A DNA stretch of 64,000 nucleotides from Octopus sinensis (Eukaryota): positions 112,778,001 to 112,842,000 of the forward strand of contig NC_043000.1 in assembly GCF_006345805.1 (NCBI RefSeq). Direction: 5' to 3'. The position numbers and the translations under genes are program-made. Within the stretch, counting starts at the first letter, position 1, and every line of letters begins with the position of its first letter. Of the stretch, positions 1 to 10,472 are shown piece by piece. The notes beneath the pieces are model-generated. The model ran no database searches. It was not told where the DNA came from and was given only the letters and a program-made list of their open reading frames with translations.

Positions 1-154
1 TTATATCGACCCCAGTGCGTTACTGATACTTATTTTATCGACCCCGAAAGGATGAAAGGCAAAGTGGACCTTGGCGGAATTTGAACTCAGAACGTAGCGG
101 CAGACGAAATAATGCTAAGCATTTTGCGCCGCATGCTAACGATTCTGCCAGCTC
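1..154 (-). mobile_element. tRNA-derived SINE family A, partial copy cut by window edge
   Basis: Reverse complement of the family A head and body (gagctggcagaatcgttagc...gttctgagttcaaattccgcc), which has A-box- and B-box-like motifs and recurs more than 12 times in the window. Confidence 0.85.
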
Positions 155-742
155 ATATTCTGGACAGGAGTTTTTATATATTTACAAAATTTTATTCTTG
201 CCAAAGGTGTTGATGTTTACTCAATTTAGATTTCATTTAAAGTATTTCAACGGATAGGCATACACACACATACACACAGACACGCACATACTCACGCAGA
301 CATACTCATATCCACGCATGCACAAAACGAAACACACACCCACATCACACACACACACATACACATTCACATGCACAAACACACATGCATATATGATAAT
401 ATATATTCCTATTAATATATATAACACAAACACCATCCGAGTGAAAGAACTCAATATCTGATCGTATAATTAAATATTTATTTTCTCCCACTTTCTTCGA
501 AAGGTGTCATTGACTCACATATTATGCCCAGTCACCCTTTTTCAAACATTTTGAAAGGACAAATTTGACAAAGTATTATATTAGATGCCATCTATAGTAA
601 TCTTACATGTGTGCAACAATTGACATGACAGAGTCGACCAGTATCAAGAAATGACAGAGTCGGCCAGTATTTACATTGGACAATATGTCGGCATTATAAA
701 ATGAAAACCGCTGACAAATGGTAAAAACATCATCCTGAAGCT

Positions 743-1300
743 GTGACTGAGGGAGAAAATGTGTCGATTCTATGGGACTTCCCCGTGCAGACCGACAGGA
801 CTATAAAAGCTAATAAACCGGATATTATTATAAAAGATCAGACAAAAAGGATGTGTTTATTAATTGCCATGAGTATTCCCTGTGATCACAATATAGCGGC
901 GAAAGAATTTGACAAGATTAGTAAATATAAAGACCTGCTAATAGAAATTGAAAAAATGTGGCATCTCAAGGCGACTACAGTACCAGTGATTGTAGGATCT
1001 CTAGGAATGATAAAAAAAAAGGTACTGAAACCTATTTGAAAATGATTCCAGACTTACCACCCCTACAGGAAGTGAAAAAATCGTGTTAACTGGAACGGCT
1101 CATGTACTGAGAAGAGGACTATCGCTGTGAAAATAACATCCATCCATGAATTTATTTATTTATTAATATTTAAATAATATTTTATCTGTGAATTTGCGCG
1201 TGTAATCTGGGAATGCATACAATGCCTTTCTCTGCCCTAGATGTATGGATAACACTCGGCGAGAAACGGAAGAAAATTTGAAGAAAGAAGAAAAAAACAT
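743..1300 (+). mobile_element. R4/Dong-like non-LTR retrotransposon, 5'-truncated: REL endonuclease domain and 3'UTR
   Basis: ORF 743-1039 reads WDFPVQTDRTIKANKPDIII...KEFDKISKYKDLLIEIEKMWHLKATTVPVIVGSLGMIK (PD-(D/E)xK REL signature). After a frameshift in the A-run at ~1012-1020 it continues GTETYLKMIPDLPPLQEVKKIVLTGTAHVLRRGLSL* (stop 1128-1130). It ends in (TAA)n 1302-1353. Clade assignment is by motif recall. Confidence 0.85.
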
Positions 1301-1301
1301 G

Positions 1302-1354
<53 letters not shown>

Positions 1355-2957
1355 GACACCGAGGACGTTTAACATGTGAGAGCGATAAAACACTGCTCCG
1401 AAATCTATCCACAAACATCGGAAATTAAGACATTGCATGGAACTAAAAAATAGCTGACAAAGTGTTGGACTATATCTGAGTAAGTAATACTCATTGAAAG
1501 TTGTTACTATTTCCCAAATTAAATGATGTATTTTAACTGGGTATCATATCCACTGCTCGCACAGCACATGTAAACATGCTTGATACATTAGGCTTACAAA
1601 GAATAAATTCCGGGGGTCTATGTGTTCCACTAAAGACGATGCTACAGCATGGGTGCAGTCAAATTACTGAAACAAATAAAAGAGAGTAAAAGAATGATAT
1701 TAGTGTTTTAAAAGATGATTTTCACGAAAGACACGAAGCCATCCATTTATGGAGAAGGGACAACCGGTGGAATCGGCCTGTTACATATTTTATCGAGGCT
1801 GGGTGGGATGAAAGACAAAGACAACCAGTGTGAGATTCGAACTCAGATCGAAATGTCAGGTCACTCAATATCGCAAAATATCTTGTCTGAGTCACTTAAC
1901 ACATCTGCCATTCATTATTGTTGTAAGTGTTAAATAATAAACAATCTCCTACCACCCCCTCACACCGCTATCACTACCCCAGACCAACATTATAATACAA
2001 AACAATATTTAAAAAAATAGGAACAAAGAACGTTGAGTAAATATTAAAAACAAAAACAAAAAAGACAAAAATATAGAAAAAAAAACAAGAAGAAAATTAA
2101 AAATAATAAATGTTTCAAGAGACTTAAAATCCATTAGTTTTGGTCATTAACTTCTTTGTTTTAATTAATTTTCAATGTGTTATATATACGGTTGATTAAT
2201 TACGAATTATCTAATTTAAATAATAATTTCTATCATAGAAATAAAACTACACATTAGAGACGAGGACGGTGGTGGCGAAGGTGTTGAAAGATGGTGGAGG
2301 AGGGGACTTATAGTTGATTGAATCGACTCAAGTACTTGATTGGTACTTTATGGTTTTATATATCGATCGATGAGAAGACGATAAGAAGACTTAGTTTGAC
2401 CTCTGTGCGTTTCCAAGGTAACAAACACTAAAAGGCATTTTGCCCGTCTCGACGCCATCCTGTCACTCGTCGACCTCTCCACTTAAAACTGTTATTTTCT
2501 TTCTAACGTAAGTCCAACAATAGTAATCTCAGAGAAGAACTTAGTCGATTAGATCGACCCACGTACATGACTGGTACAATAACATTAAACATGAGAGAAC
2601 ATCTTGGCTTTGAAAAACATTTGGCTTTGAAAAAGCTATATTTGATGTAAGAGCTCAGAATTGATTCTTGAGTTAATTTCTCTCCACTGAGCAAATAAAA
2701 GTCATTCGTAAGTTACCAGGATTTTATTTTATCTTCTATCTTCTATCTTTATCTTGTTTCAATCACTAGACTGCGACCATGCTGGGGCACTCTCTTAAAG
2801 AATGTTAGTCGAACGAATCAACCTCCCGTACTAATGGTCTCTTTTTTTTGGCAAAACTGCCAAGGGATGTGAACAGACCTACGCCGTTTATCAAAAGATG
2901 TTGGGGTACAAATACACACACACACACACATGAGTAACAGTAGAGGTATAAATGTTA

Positions 2958-3044
2958 ATCCATTACGGCCGTTTCAAACGACTCATTTAATTGATTAATG
3001 AAAAGATTACATCATTGTAAAGAACCTGTTTCCGTCAGGTGAAT
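2958..3044 (-). ncRNA. Decayed type I hammerhead-like motif (H1)
   Basis: Minus strand AUUCAC-CUGACGG-AAAC...GUUU-GAAA-C-GGCC-GU-A/AUGGAU. Stem II has 4 perfect bp and stem III is the palindrome ACGGCCGU, but A9 is G and the first stem I pair is mismatched. Confidence 0.55.
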
Positions 3045-3240
3045 TCATGAACTTCAAAATAAAAGAGATTCAAAATAATTTAATATATTTTACAATCCAT
3101 GTAGCAAATCCATTTTCATTAATTCTGCAACTATTTCTGTCGACAGATATTTACATAATATTGTTGTATGTGTATATTCTTCCGACATAACGAGGTGCCT
3201 CAATTTAAGTATCTAATCCAACTAAATCTTATATCTAATA

Positions 3241-3434
3241 TACTCTTTTACTTGTTTCAGTCATTTGACTGTGGCCATGCTGGAACACCACCTTTAGTCG
3301 AGCAGATTCTGTGTAAGCCTAGTAATTATTCTATCGGTCTGTTTTGCCGAATTGCTAAGTTACCGGGACGTAAACACACCAGCATCGTTTGTCAAGCGAT
3401 GTGGGGGAGACAAACACAGACACACAAACACATA

Positions 3435-3518
<84 letters not shown>

Positions 3519-3640
3519 CATACGACGGGCTCTTTCAGTTTCCGCCTACCAAATCCACACACTAGGCTTTGGTTGGCCCGAGGCTATAGTAGTATACACT
3601 CACCCGGAACCATGTATCTCATAAGCAAGCTCATACTTAA
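3241..3640 (-). mobile_element. SINE family B (internal microsatellite, GTAAAAGA tail)
   Basis: Matches the reverse complement of the complete copy at 32741-33157; head partly deleted. Confidence 0.85.
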
Positions 3641-3692
3641 TATATTATATATCTAGAATCTATCTATCTATCTATATCTAATATATATATAT

Positions 3693-3739
<47 letters not shown>

Positions 3740-4887
3740 CTGCTGCTGCTTGTGCTCATGTTCAGGCTGAGTGGAGTAAAGCAGTGTCACTAGGCTTTAG
3801 AATCAATCAAACGATCCACGTTCGAGTGTTTAAGAAATTAATGGCAGAACTAAAGTTTAGAAACCCTTCACCAACTTTTTTTCCCAACTTTTTGAAAAAT
3901 GCATACTTGTTTTTAAATGAAAATTTTCAGAGATATGTTTTCGAGTTTAGATTAAATTTAAGTTGATAAGATTTACAACAATGCCGGATCCTTCTTCCCC
4001 TCCGCTCATTTTGTTCCCGCCAATTTCCATAACTTTAGAAATTTATACATTTTCTCATATTTATATATTTTAAATTAGGAAATGACATAGTCTCATTTCT
4101 CGGAAAATTATATATTATATATCTTATAAAACATTCCCGGAATAATTAATAGCTGGTGTCTTGCGGGACTTGTAGAGGGGCAGAAAATATGACTTGGGTG
4201 TTTAATTGTATATCTATCGAATTTGAATTCTAATTCCAGTGAAGACACCAATCTTACATTATTCTGTCAGAATTCTTACAATAGCAAGATTATGTCTGAC
4301 ATCGCTTGTTTCTCAATCTTTAAATTAAAAGTTTTTTGTGTGGTCCAATTTTCGTTTCCATCTTTCTAGCGTGGATCAGATAAAACAAGCTTTCCTCTTG
4401 AGAATCAAAACTTAATTAAGCTCCCTACAGTTGTTACCTGTCTATAAAGTTCAAGTGAAGTTTACACGAAGCGTTACTCTCACATCTGTGACGTTGCAAC
4501 AGTTCCAAACCAAGATCTATTTACTCTACATTCGAGGAAACTGGTTGCCATGACATCATTGACATCATTACTCAACTCCAGCTTCTGGACGACAGATACA
4601 CTGCCTCCTCCATCCGTAACATTTTCTGTGGTGTCTACTGATCGAACAGTTCTTCTTTCCTGTCCAATCCAGCTTCATTATACTAGCTCCTTTCTCCTGT
4701 CGTCACTGATATCCTGCCTCATAACCTACATAAAGCCCTCCACTATCTGCAGCACCAGTGCCCAGAACTCTAACCAATCTTCTGTGAATTTTGCCTGGTC
4801 ACATGAATTTTTCCTGTGAGCGTTTAATTGTTGTTATTCAATATGAACCGCACTCTTATCAGTTTCACCGGTCGTTGGGTAACAGAG

Positions 4888-5074
4888 GGCGGCGAGCTGG
4901 CAGAAACGTTAGCACGCCGGGCGAAATGCTTAGCAGTATTTCGTCTGCCGCTACGTCCTGAGTTCAAATTCTGCCGAGGTCAACTTTGCCTTTCATCCTT
5001 TCGGGGTCGATTAAATAAGTTCCAGTTACGCACTGGGGTCGATATGATCGACTTAATCCGTTTGTCTGTCCTTA
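4888..5074 (+). mobile_element. SINE family A
   Basis: Starts ggcggcgagctggcagaaacgttagcacgccgggcg and contains the B-box-like gagttcaaattc. Confidence 0.9.
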
Positions 5075-5367
5075 TACGCAGGACCAAACAATTAAACATA
5101 CCATCTATTTAAATGGTAATACATTCAATTAATCATTCCTTCTCCCCTTCCAACAAGACAAGAAGTACTATATGTGTTATTTAACGTTTATCTCTATGTG
5201 ATCGGAGTACAGAACCACCCGAGGGTGCTTTCCCTTTCCATTCATCCATGGTCGTGACAGCTTGCTTAGACTTAGGAATAATTATTTGCAATTATCATCA
5301 ACATTATCAGAAACCATAATTTCAAATTTTGACAGGAGACCGGTAATTCTTGGGGTTGGGAGAAGTC

Positions 5368-5563
5368 GGTAACCCCGATGCATGACTGGTACACATTTCA
5401 CCCCCCCCCCCCAAAAAAAAAAAATTGAAGGGCGAAAACCGTCCTTAGCAGAATTTGAACTCAGAACATAACGACGGACGAAATGGTGAACTGGACTTTA
5501 TGGCGGACGAAATACCGCTAACATTTTTGCCCGGCGTGCCAACGATTCTGCCAGCTCACCGCC
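5368..5563 (-). mobile_element. SINE family A, diverged
   Basis: Reverse-complement match to the family A head, with a small internal duplication around gacgaaat. Confidence 0.75.
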
Positions 5564-6262
5564 TTCAGTATTATCAGAAGTATTAGCAGTACTACGTGTG
5601 GTGGGAGTAGTGGGTCCTTGCTAAATACAGCAGTTATAGAAGTGACGATGGTGGTCGCTGCGGTGGAAGCAGTTGTTGTGGTGGTGCCAGTGTTGACAGT
5701 AATTATGGTGGGGGTGGTTGTGCTAATAATAAAAGCAGGGTAGTGGTACAGGTTCTAGTACTAGTTTGGTAGTAGTTGATGATGACGCAGCAATGAAGAC
5801 AGCATTTCATGTCTGTTGCGAAAAAAGATAAAAAAGCTCAACAAAAAACAAGACAAAATAGGAAAATTAAAAATCCGAACCGGATATAATTATAATTAAA
5901 TATATGTCCCTCCTATGTCTGTGTGTCGTATTAATGCACATGTTTAATTCTTTTTTAAGACACAATTTGAAAATATTGTATGCCGTGGGTATGTGGATGC
6001 TTAAAGGTGTATTTGTGTGTGTGTGTGTGTGTGTGGATGGGTGAATGCATGAGTGTGTGTGTGTATGTTTAAGTATGTATGTGGTGGAGGGTGTTGATTG
6101 TTGTCTCCGGCTTTCTCTTCCTTGTTCTCATCAAACATGACACATAGACACGCCCGACCACACAATCACAAACACATTTATCTACCGATGTATGTATGTA
6201 TGTATGTATGTATGTATGTATGTATGTATGTATGTATGCATGCATGCATCTATCTATCTATA

Positions 6263-6317
<55 letters not shown>

Positions 6318-6330
6318 ATCTATCTATCTA

Positions 6331-6393
<63 letters not shown>

Positions 6394-6730
6394 ATCTATC
6401 TATCTATCTATCTCTCTCTCTCTCTCTATCTATCTATCTATATACGCATATATATGTTTGTGTGTATGCCTGTATATATGTATGCATAGATAAGTAGAAA
6501 GATAGATAGATACATACATACATATATATATAACCCCCAAAATATGCAAAATCAAGATTAATATTCATAAACATACGCGTGCGCATGCACAAGAACAAAC
6601 GTCTCACTATACCGAATCACGCATACATAATATATGTGTATAATATATGTATATACGCATATATACCATCAAAAAATGATACAAGCACATGCACGCCCAG
6701 AAACATGCACTAGGCTTCATCATATCGTAC

Positions 6731-6805
<75 letters not shown>

Positions 6806-6977
6806 TATAAATAAATGAGATGCAGTTGAATTAGGTACTTTATACGCCCAGGATAAGGCGAATATAGTTGAAATTTACAGAAAAACAGAAGACGAAGACA
6901 GGTGTATGACCAAAAAGCAGGTGTATTCGTTCGACCCTGGAGAAGGTGTTAAAATTGTATTTATTTATTTTATTTGT

Positions 6978-7061
6978 GCAGCTGAAGATAGCCCTGCGTT
7001 TAAATTGATGTAATGATTGCATTGTTCAATTAAATGGTCCCGCTTGAAACGGTCGTACTGC
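6978..7061 (+). ncRNA. Type I hammerhead ribozyme motif (H2)
   Basis: GCAG(6978-81)-CUGAAGA(6982-88)-UAGC...GCUU(7042-45)-GAAA-C-GGUC-GUA(7055-57)/CUGC(7058-61). Stem I has 4 WC bp; stem II opens with U.U followed by 3 bp. Predicted cut after 7057. Confidence 0.7.
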
Positions 7062-7104
7062 TTCACTACTTGATATCCTGTTGCTTCTTTTGATTATAAA
7101 CAAA

Positions 7105-7410
7105 CTAGCAGTATCGCCCGGCGTTGCTCGGGTTTGTAAGGGAAATAACTATATAAGCATTTTTAGAGAGTTACTTCCCTTATATTTTAGGAAAAAAATG
7201 CATTAAAAATGGAAAAAACTGACGGTAATTTTTTGTTAAAATCGTAGACTCATCGTAGACGCGCGCTAATACTCAGAAAGGCTCGATATGAATCACGACT
7301 ATAAGATACCCGATTTTGGTTAAACTGCACCGCAAAATGTCGGAGTAGTTAGGAATCTAAATCGTAGGAGACAGACACCACACAACTTCAGTTTTATATA
7401 TCTATATATA
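7105..7410 (-). mobile_element. Non-autonomous Helitron-like element
   Basis: Minus-strand 3' end is CCCGAGCAACGCCGGG (hairpin, 7117-7132) followed by ...CTAG|T (7105-7108). The 5' end begins tatataaaactg..tgtctgtc, as at ~19990; a canonical 5' TC is not clearly intact. Confidence 0.7.
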
Positions 7411-7424
7411 TCATCATTATCATC

Positions 7425-7838
7425 TTCATCATCGTCGTCGTTTAACGTCCGCTTCCCCTGCTGCCATGTGCTGGACGGTTTGACTGAGGAGTGGCGAGCC
7501 AGAAGGTTCCACAAGGCCCCAATCTGATCTGGCAAAGTTTCTGTAGCTAGATGCCCTTCCTAAAGCCAACCAACAGTGTAGTGGTTGCTTTTACGTGCCA
7601 CCGGCACGAGGGCCAGTCAGGCAGTTCTGGCAACAACCGCACTCAAAAGGTGTTTCTTACGTATTACCTGCATGGGAGCCAGTCAGGCGGCCCTGGCAAC
7701 GGCCGGCGACGCTGGCAACGGTCACACTCGAAAGGTGCTTTTTACGTGCCAATCAGACGGTACTGTCATCGGCCACGTCAGCGATTTTGATTTTGATTTT
7801 GATTTTGATTTCACTGCCTCAACAGGACTTCGCAAACA
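7425..7838 (-). mobile_element. SINE or non-autonomous element with RTE-like 3' tail
   Basis: Minus strand ends gcggacgttaaacgacgacgatgatga, an RTE-style (GAT)n tail. It contains an internal tandem duplication and a (GATTTT)n run at 7784-7810. Classification is by recall. Confidence 0.6.
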
Positions 7839-7867
7839 TTAGTTTGACGCTCGGGAAAGTGTTAAAG

Positions 7868-7905
7868 TCTCTTACTTTTCGAGCCTAGGCTCTTCAACAG
7901 TGAAA
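7868..7905 (-). ncRNA. Variant minimal hammerhead-like motif (V1, CUGUUGA core), decayed
   Basis: Minus strand UUUCA-CUGUUGA-A-GAGC-CUAG-GCUC-GAAA-A-GUA-AGAGA; C15.2 is mutated. Confidence 0.4.
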
Positions 7906-7930
7906 TGATCAGGGAACTTATCTCAAGGAA

Positions 7931-8034
7931 TCACCTGAGGAGTCGTCTTTTACACCTTCGATTTAAGATAATGATTGTACAACTTCTCACCTATGTACTA
8001 AAGGTATAAGTGTGCGTCGAAACAATTGTAGTGA
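7931..8034 (+). ncRNA. Type I hammerhead ribozyme motif (H3)
   Basis: UCAC-CUGAGGA(7935-41)-GUCG...CGUC(8015-18)-GAAA-C-AAUU-GUA(8028-30)/GUGA. Stem III is the palindrome ACAAUUGU. Stem II has one U.U mismatch and an extension UUACACCUU/AAGGUAUAA. Confidence 0.7.
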
Positions 8035-8242
8035 ATTTTTTAGATAAAGAATATCGTTAATTTTATTTTCTGTCATTTGTCTATGTATATAGAACTTTCG
8101 GATACTATGAAATTCCTGATGTATAGATTGTAGCAAGAGCGTTTCAACAGGATGATGACACCAGGCAGCCAGTATCTGTGGATGAGCTTTGCAAAGCATT
8201 CTATAATAGATTCACTCGAATCTTACTTACGTATAAACATTG

Positions 8243-8276
<34 letters not shown>

Positions 8277-8952
8277 CATACATACATACATACGTATAGA
8301 CAAACACACACAAATATATGTCTACCCACACGAACACAGACACACGCAGAAACACACATATATATACATACTCGCGCACACACACACGTACACACACACA
8401 TATATATATGTTCATACATACACACGTACAATACAGATGAAAAAACGCAAGATAGCGTAGAGCACATATAAATACACGTAAAATTTAAAAAAAACATGTT
8501 TAGTCAAGCGTTTGTGTTGTATAATGAAATGAAGCTTGAAACAAACATTCTGGAACTATTTTAGCTGAATTGCTGTAGACAGTAACACACACACACACTC
8601 ACACACATACACACACACACACACACGCACACACATACACGCACACACACACACACACGCACGCACACACACATACACATACACACACGCACGCACACAC
8701 ACATACACGCACGCTCACACGCCCCGCCCCCCCACAAGGACGCACACAAACAAACGCAAAAATGTATATATAAACGCATATACATATACGTTCATACACA
8801 CATCGAAACGCACGTGCCAGCATATATCCACGTCTCTGAGTTCTTTAGTGTGTGTGTATGCGTGTATGTGTGGATGCGTATGTGTGTCTGTGTGTGTGTC
8901 TGAATATAGACTTACGTACACACATTAGTTCTATCTATCTATCTATTTATCT

Positions 8953-9049
8953 AAAAGCTGTTACTCAGAGATTCACATTCCCGTTCATCGGTTGAGATTC
9001 AACCAAAACTGACCGACGAACGGGAACGTGAAATTGAGTAACAGTTTTT
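8953..9049. repeat. Long imperfect inverted repeat (~97 bp hairpin)
   Basis: aaaagctgttactca..ttcacattcccgttcatcggt (8953-8992) pairs with accgacgaacgggaacgtgaa..tgagtaacagttttt (9012-9049). Confidence 0.9.
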
Positions 9050-9330
9050 GTGATGTTTTACTACAGTATTAATAAAGCATATTACAATACCTCCGGTATT
9101 CGAGTACTATTTTTTCCAACTTGTTTCATATTTACGTGCTTACTCTGGTATATATATATATATTCTCTCTCTCTCTCTCTCTCTTTATTTCCTCGTGTTC
9201 CTTCCTGTTAAAGAGCGTAGGCTCGAAACATAAAAGACTTCCTACCTTCCAGAGCGTTAAACTAATATACCTGTTTGTTGTTTATGCACCTGTCTTCGTC
9301 TTTTGTTTTTCTGTAAATTTCAACTATACA
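9050..9330 (+). mobile_element. Interspersed repeat carrying variant hammerhead-like motif V2 (9200-9237), possible Penelope-like LTR remnant
   Basis: Shares gagcgtaggctcgaaac and the tail cctgtcttcgtcttttg with 10325-10460 (+), 7840-7905 (-, motif only) and 6855-6910 (-, tail only). Confidence 0.6.
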
Positions 9331-9439
9331 TACATACATACAAACATACAGACATACATATACATACATACATATATATATTTGCGCCGTGAACAGGAAT
9401 TAATCTTCTCTCTTCGCTCTTATACGCCATTTGGTCTCA

Positions 9440-9775
9440 ACTATCCCCCTCCTCATCTAACCCCCCTCTCCCCCCTCCTCACCTATCCTTCCCCCCGACC
9501 CCTACTTCTTCAGTCCTTCATCCTTTCACCCCTACTCCCCTTCCCTTCTTCCCTCTTCCTTCCTCCCTCCTTTCCTCTTCCCCTTCTCTCTGCTCCCTCA
9601 CTCCCCTTCTCTCTCCCCCTCACCCTCTTTCCTCCTTCCTCCCCCTCCTTCCTCCCCTTCCTCCTCCCCCTTCCTCCTCCCCCTCCTCTCCTCTCATCCC
9701 CGCCCCCTCCTCTCCTCTTACCCCTCTCCTCCCCATCCCCTTCTCCTCCCCCTCTCCCATCCCCCTCTTCTCACT
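9440..9775. repeat. Polypyrimidine (C/T) low-complexity tract
   Basis: Almost exclusively C and T on the + strand. Confidence 0.9.
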
Positions 9776-9814
9776 ACACCACACGACTTTACACATCACA
9801 TCATATATGATGTG

Positions 9815-10160
9815 CCATACTAATACATACACCTACTAATACATACTAATACGTACTAATACATACTAATACATACACCAACCCTATACAAACACACGTC
9901 CAGACCCCTCATACGCACTTATACGCTCTCATACACACACACACACACATACATACTAATACGTACTAATACATACTAATACATACTAATACATACACCA
10001 ACCCCATACATACGCACATCCAGACCAATCCTACGCACTAATACTCTCTCATACACACACACACACACACGCACACCCTTATACATACTAATACATACTA
10101 ATACACACACCAACCCTATACATACACACGTCCAGACCTCTCCTACGCCTTAATAGCTGG
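9815..10160. repeat. Degenerate ~120-bp minisatellite, about 3 units
   Basis: Repeated atacatactaat...caccaaccc(t/c)atac...ccagacc, with (CA)n closing the first two units. Confidence 0.75.
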
Positions 10161-10324
10161 TCATTCAACCCTATTATCAACCCTATTATCTCTCCTTATT
10201 TCGCTCTCGCGTCTCATGTTTGATCTTTGACCTCTGGCCGAAATCAGTTCGCCATGTTGATTCGTTAGTTACTGCACGCATTTGTTTTCTCTCCTTCTTT
10301 CTGTGTTTTTTTTCTCTCTGTGTA

Positions 10325-10362
10325 TCTTTCTGTTGAAGAGCGTAGGCTCGAAACGTTAAAGA
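10325..10362 (+). ncRNA. Variant minimal hammerhead-like motif (V3)
   Basis: UCUUU-CUGUUGA(10330-36)-A-GAGC-GUAG-GCUC-GAAA-CGU-U/AAAGA. Stem I has 5 bp, stem II 4 bp, and stem III is the loopless palindrome ACGU; U occupies the normally invariant A6. Confidence 0.5.
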
Positions 10363-10472
10363 CTTGTTTTATTTATATTTCCTGAGCGCCATACTAATAC
10401 AATTGTTTGTTTGTTTTCCACCTGCCTTCGTCTTTTGTCTATTTTCATAAAGCTTCCCGTTATATATATATA

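Noticed and set aside
4480-4820. Unique-looking stretch with an 89-aa ORF
   Set aside because: No recognisable motif or convincing splice sites; the other frames have stops.
4888-4985. tRNA genes at SINE heads (families A, B, C)
   Set aside because: A/B boxes are present but there is no complete cloverleaf, and each continues into SINE body and tail.
8126-8231. Possible plus-strand exon IVARAFQQDDDTRQPVSVDELCKAFYNRFTRILL
   Set aside because: Weak acceptor, no good donor, no family recognised, and it lies directly behind hammerhead H3, so it is probably element sequence.
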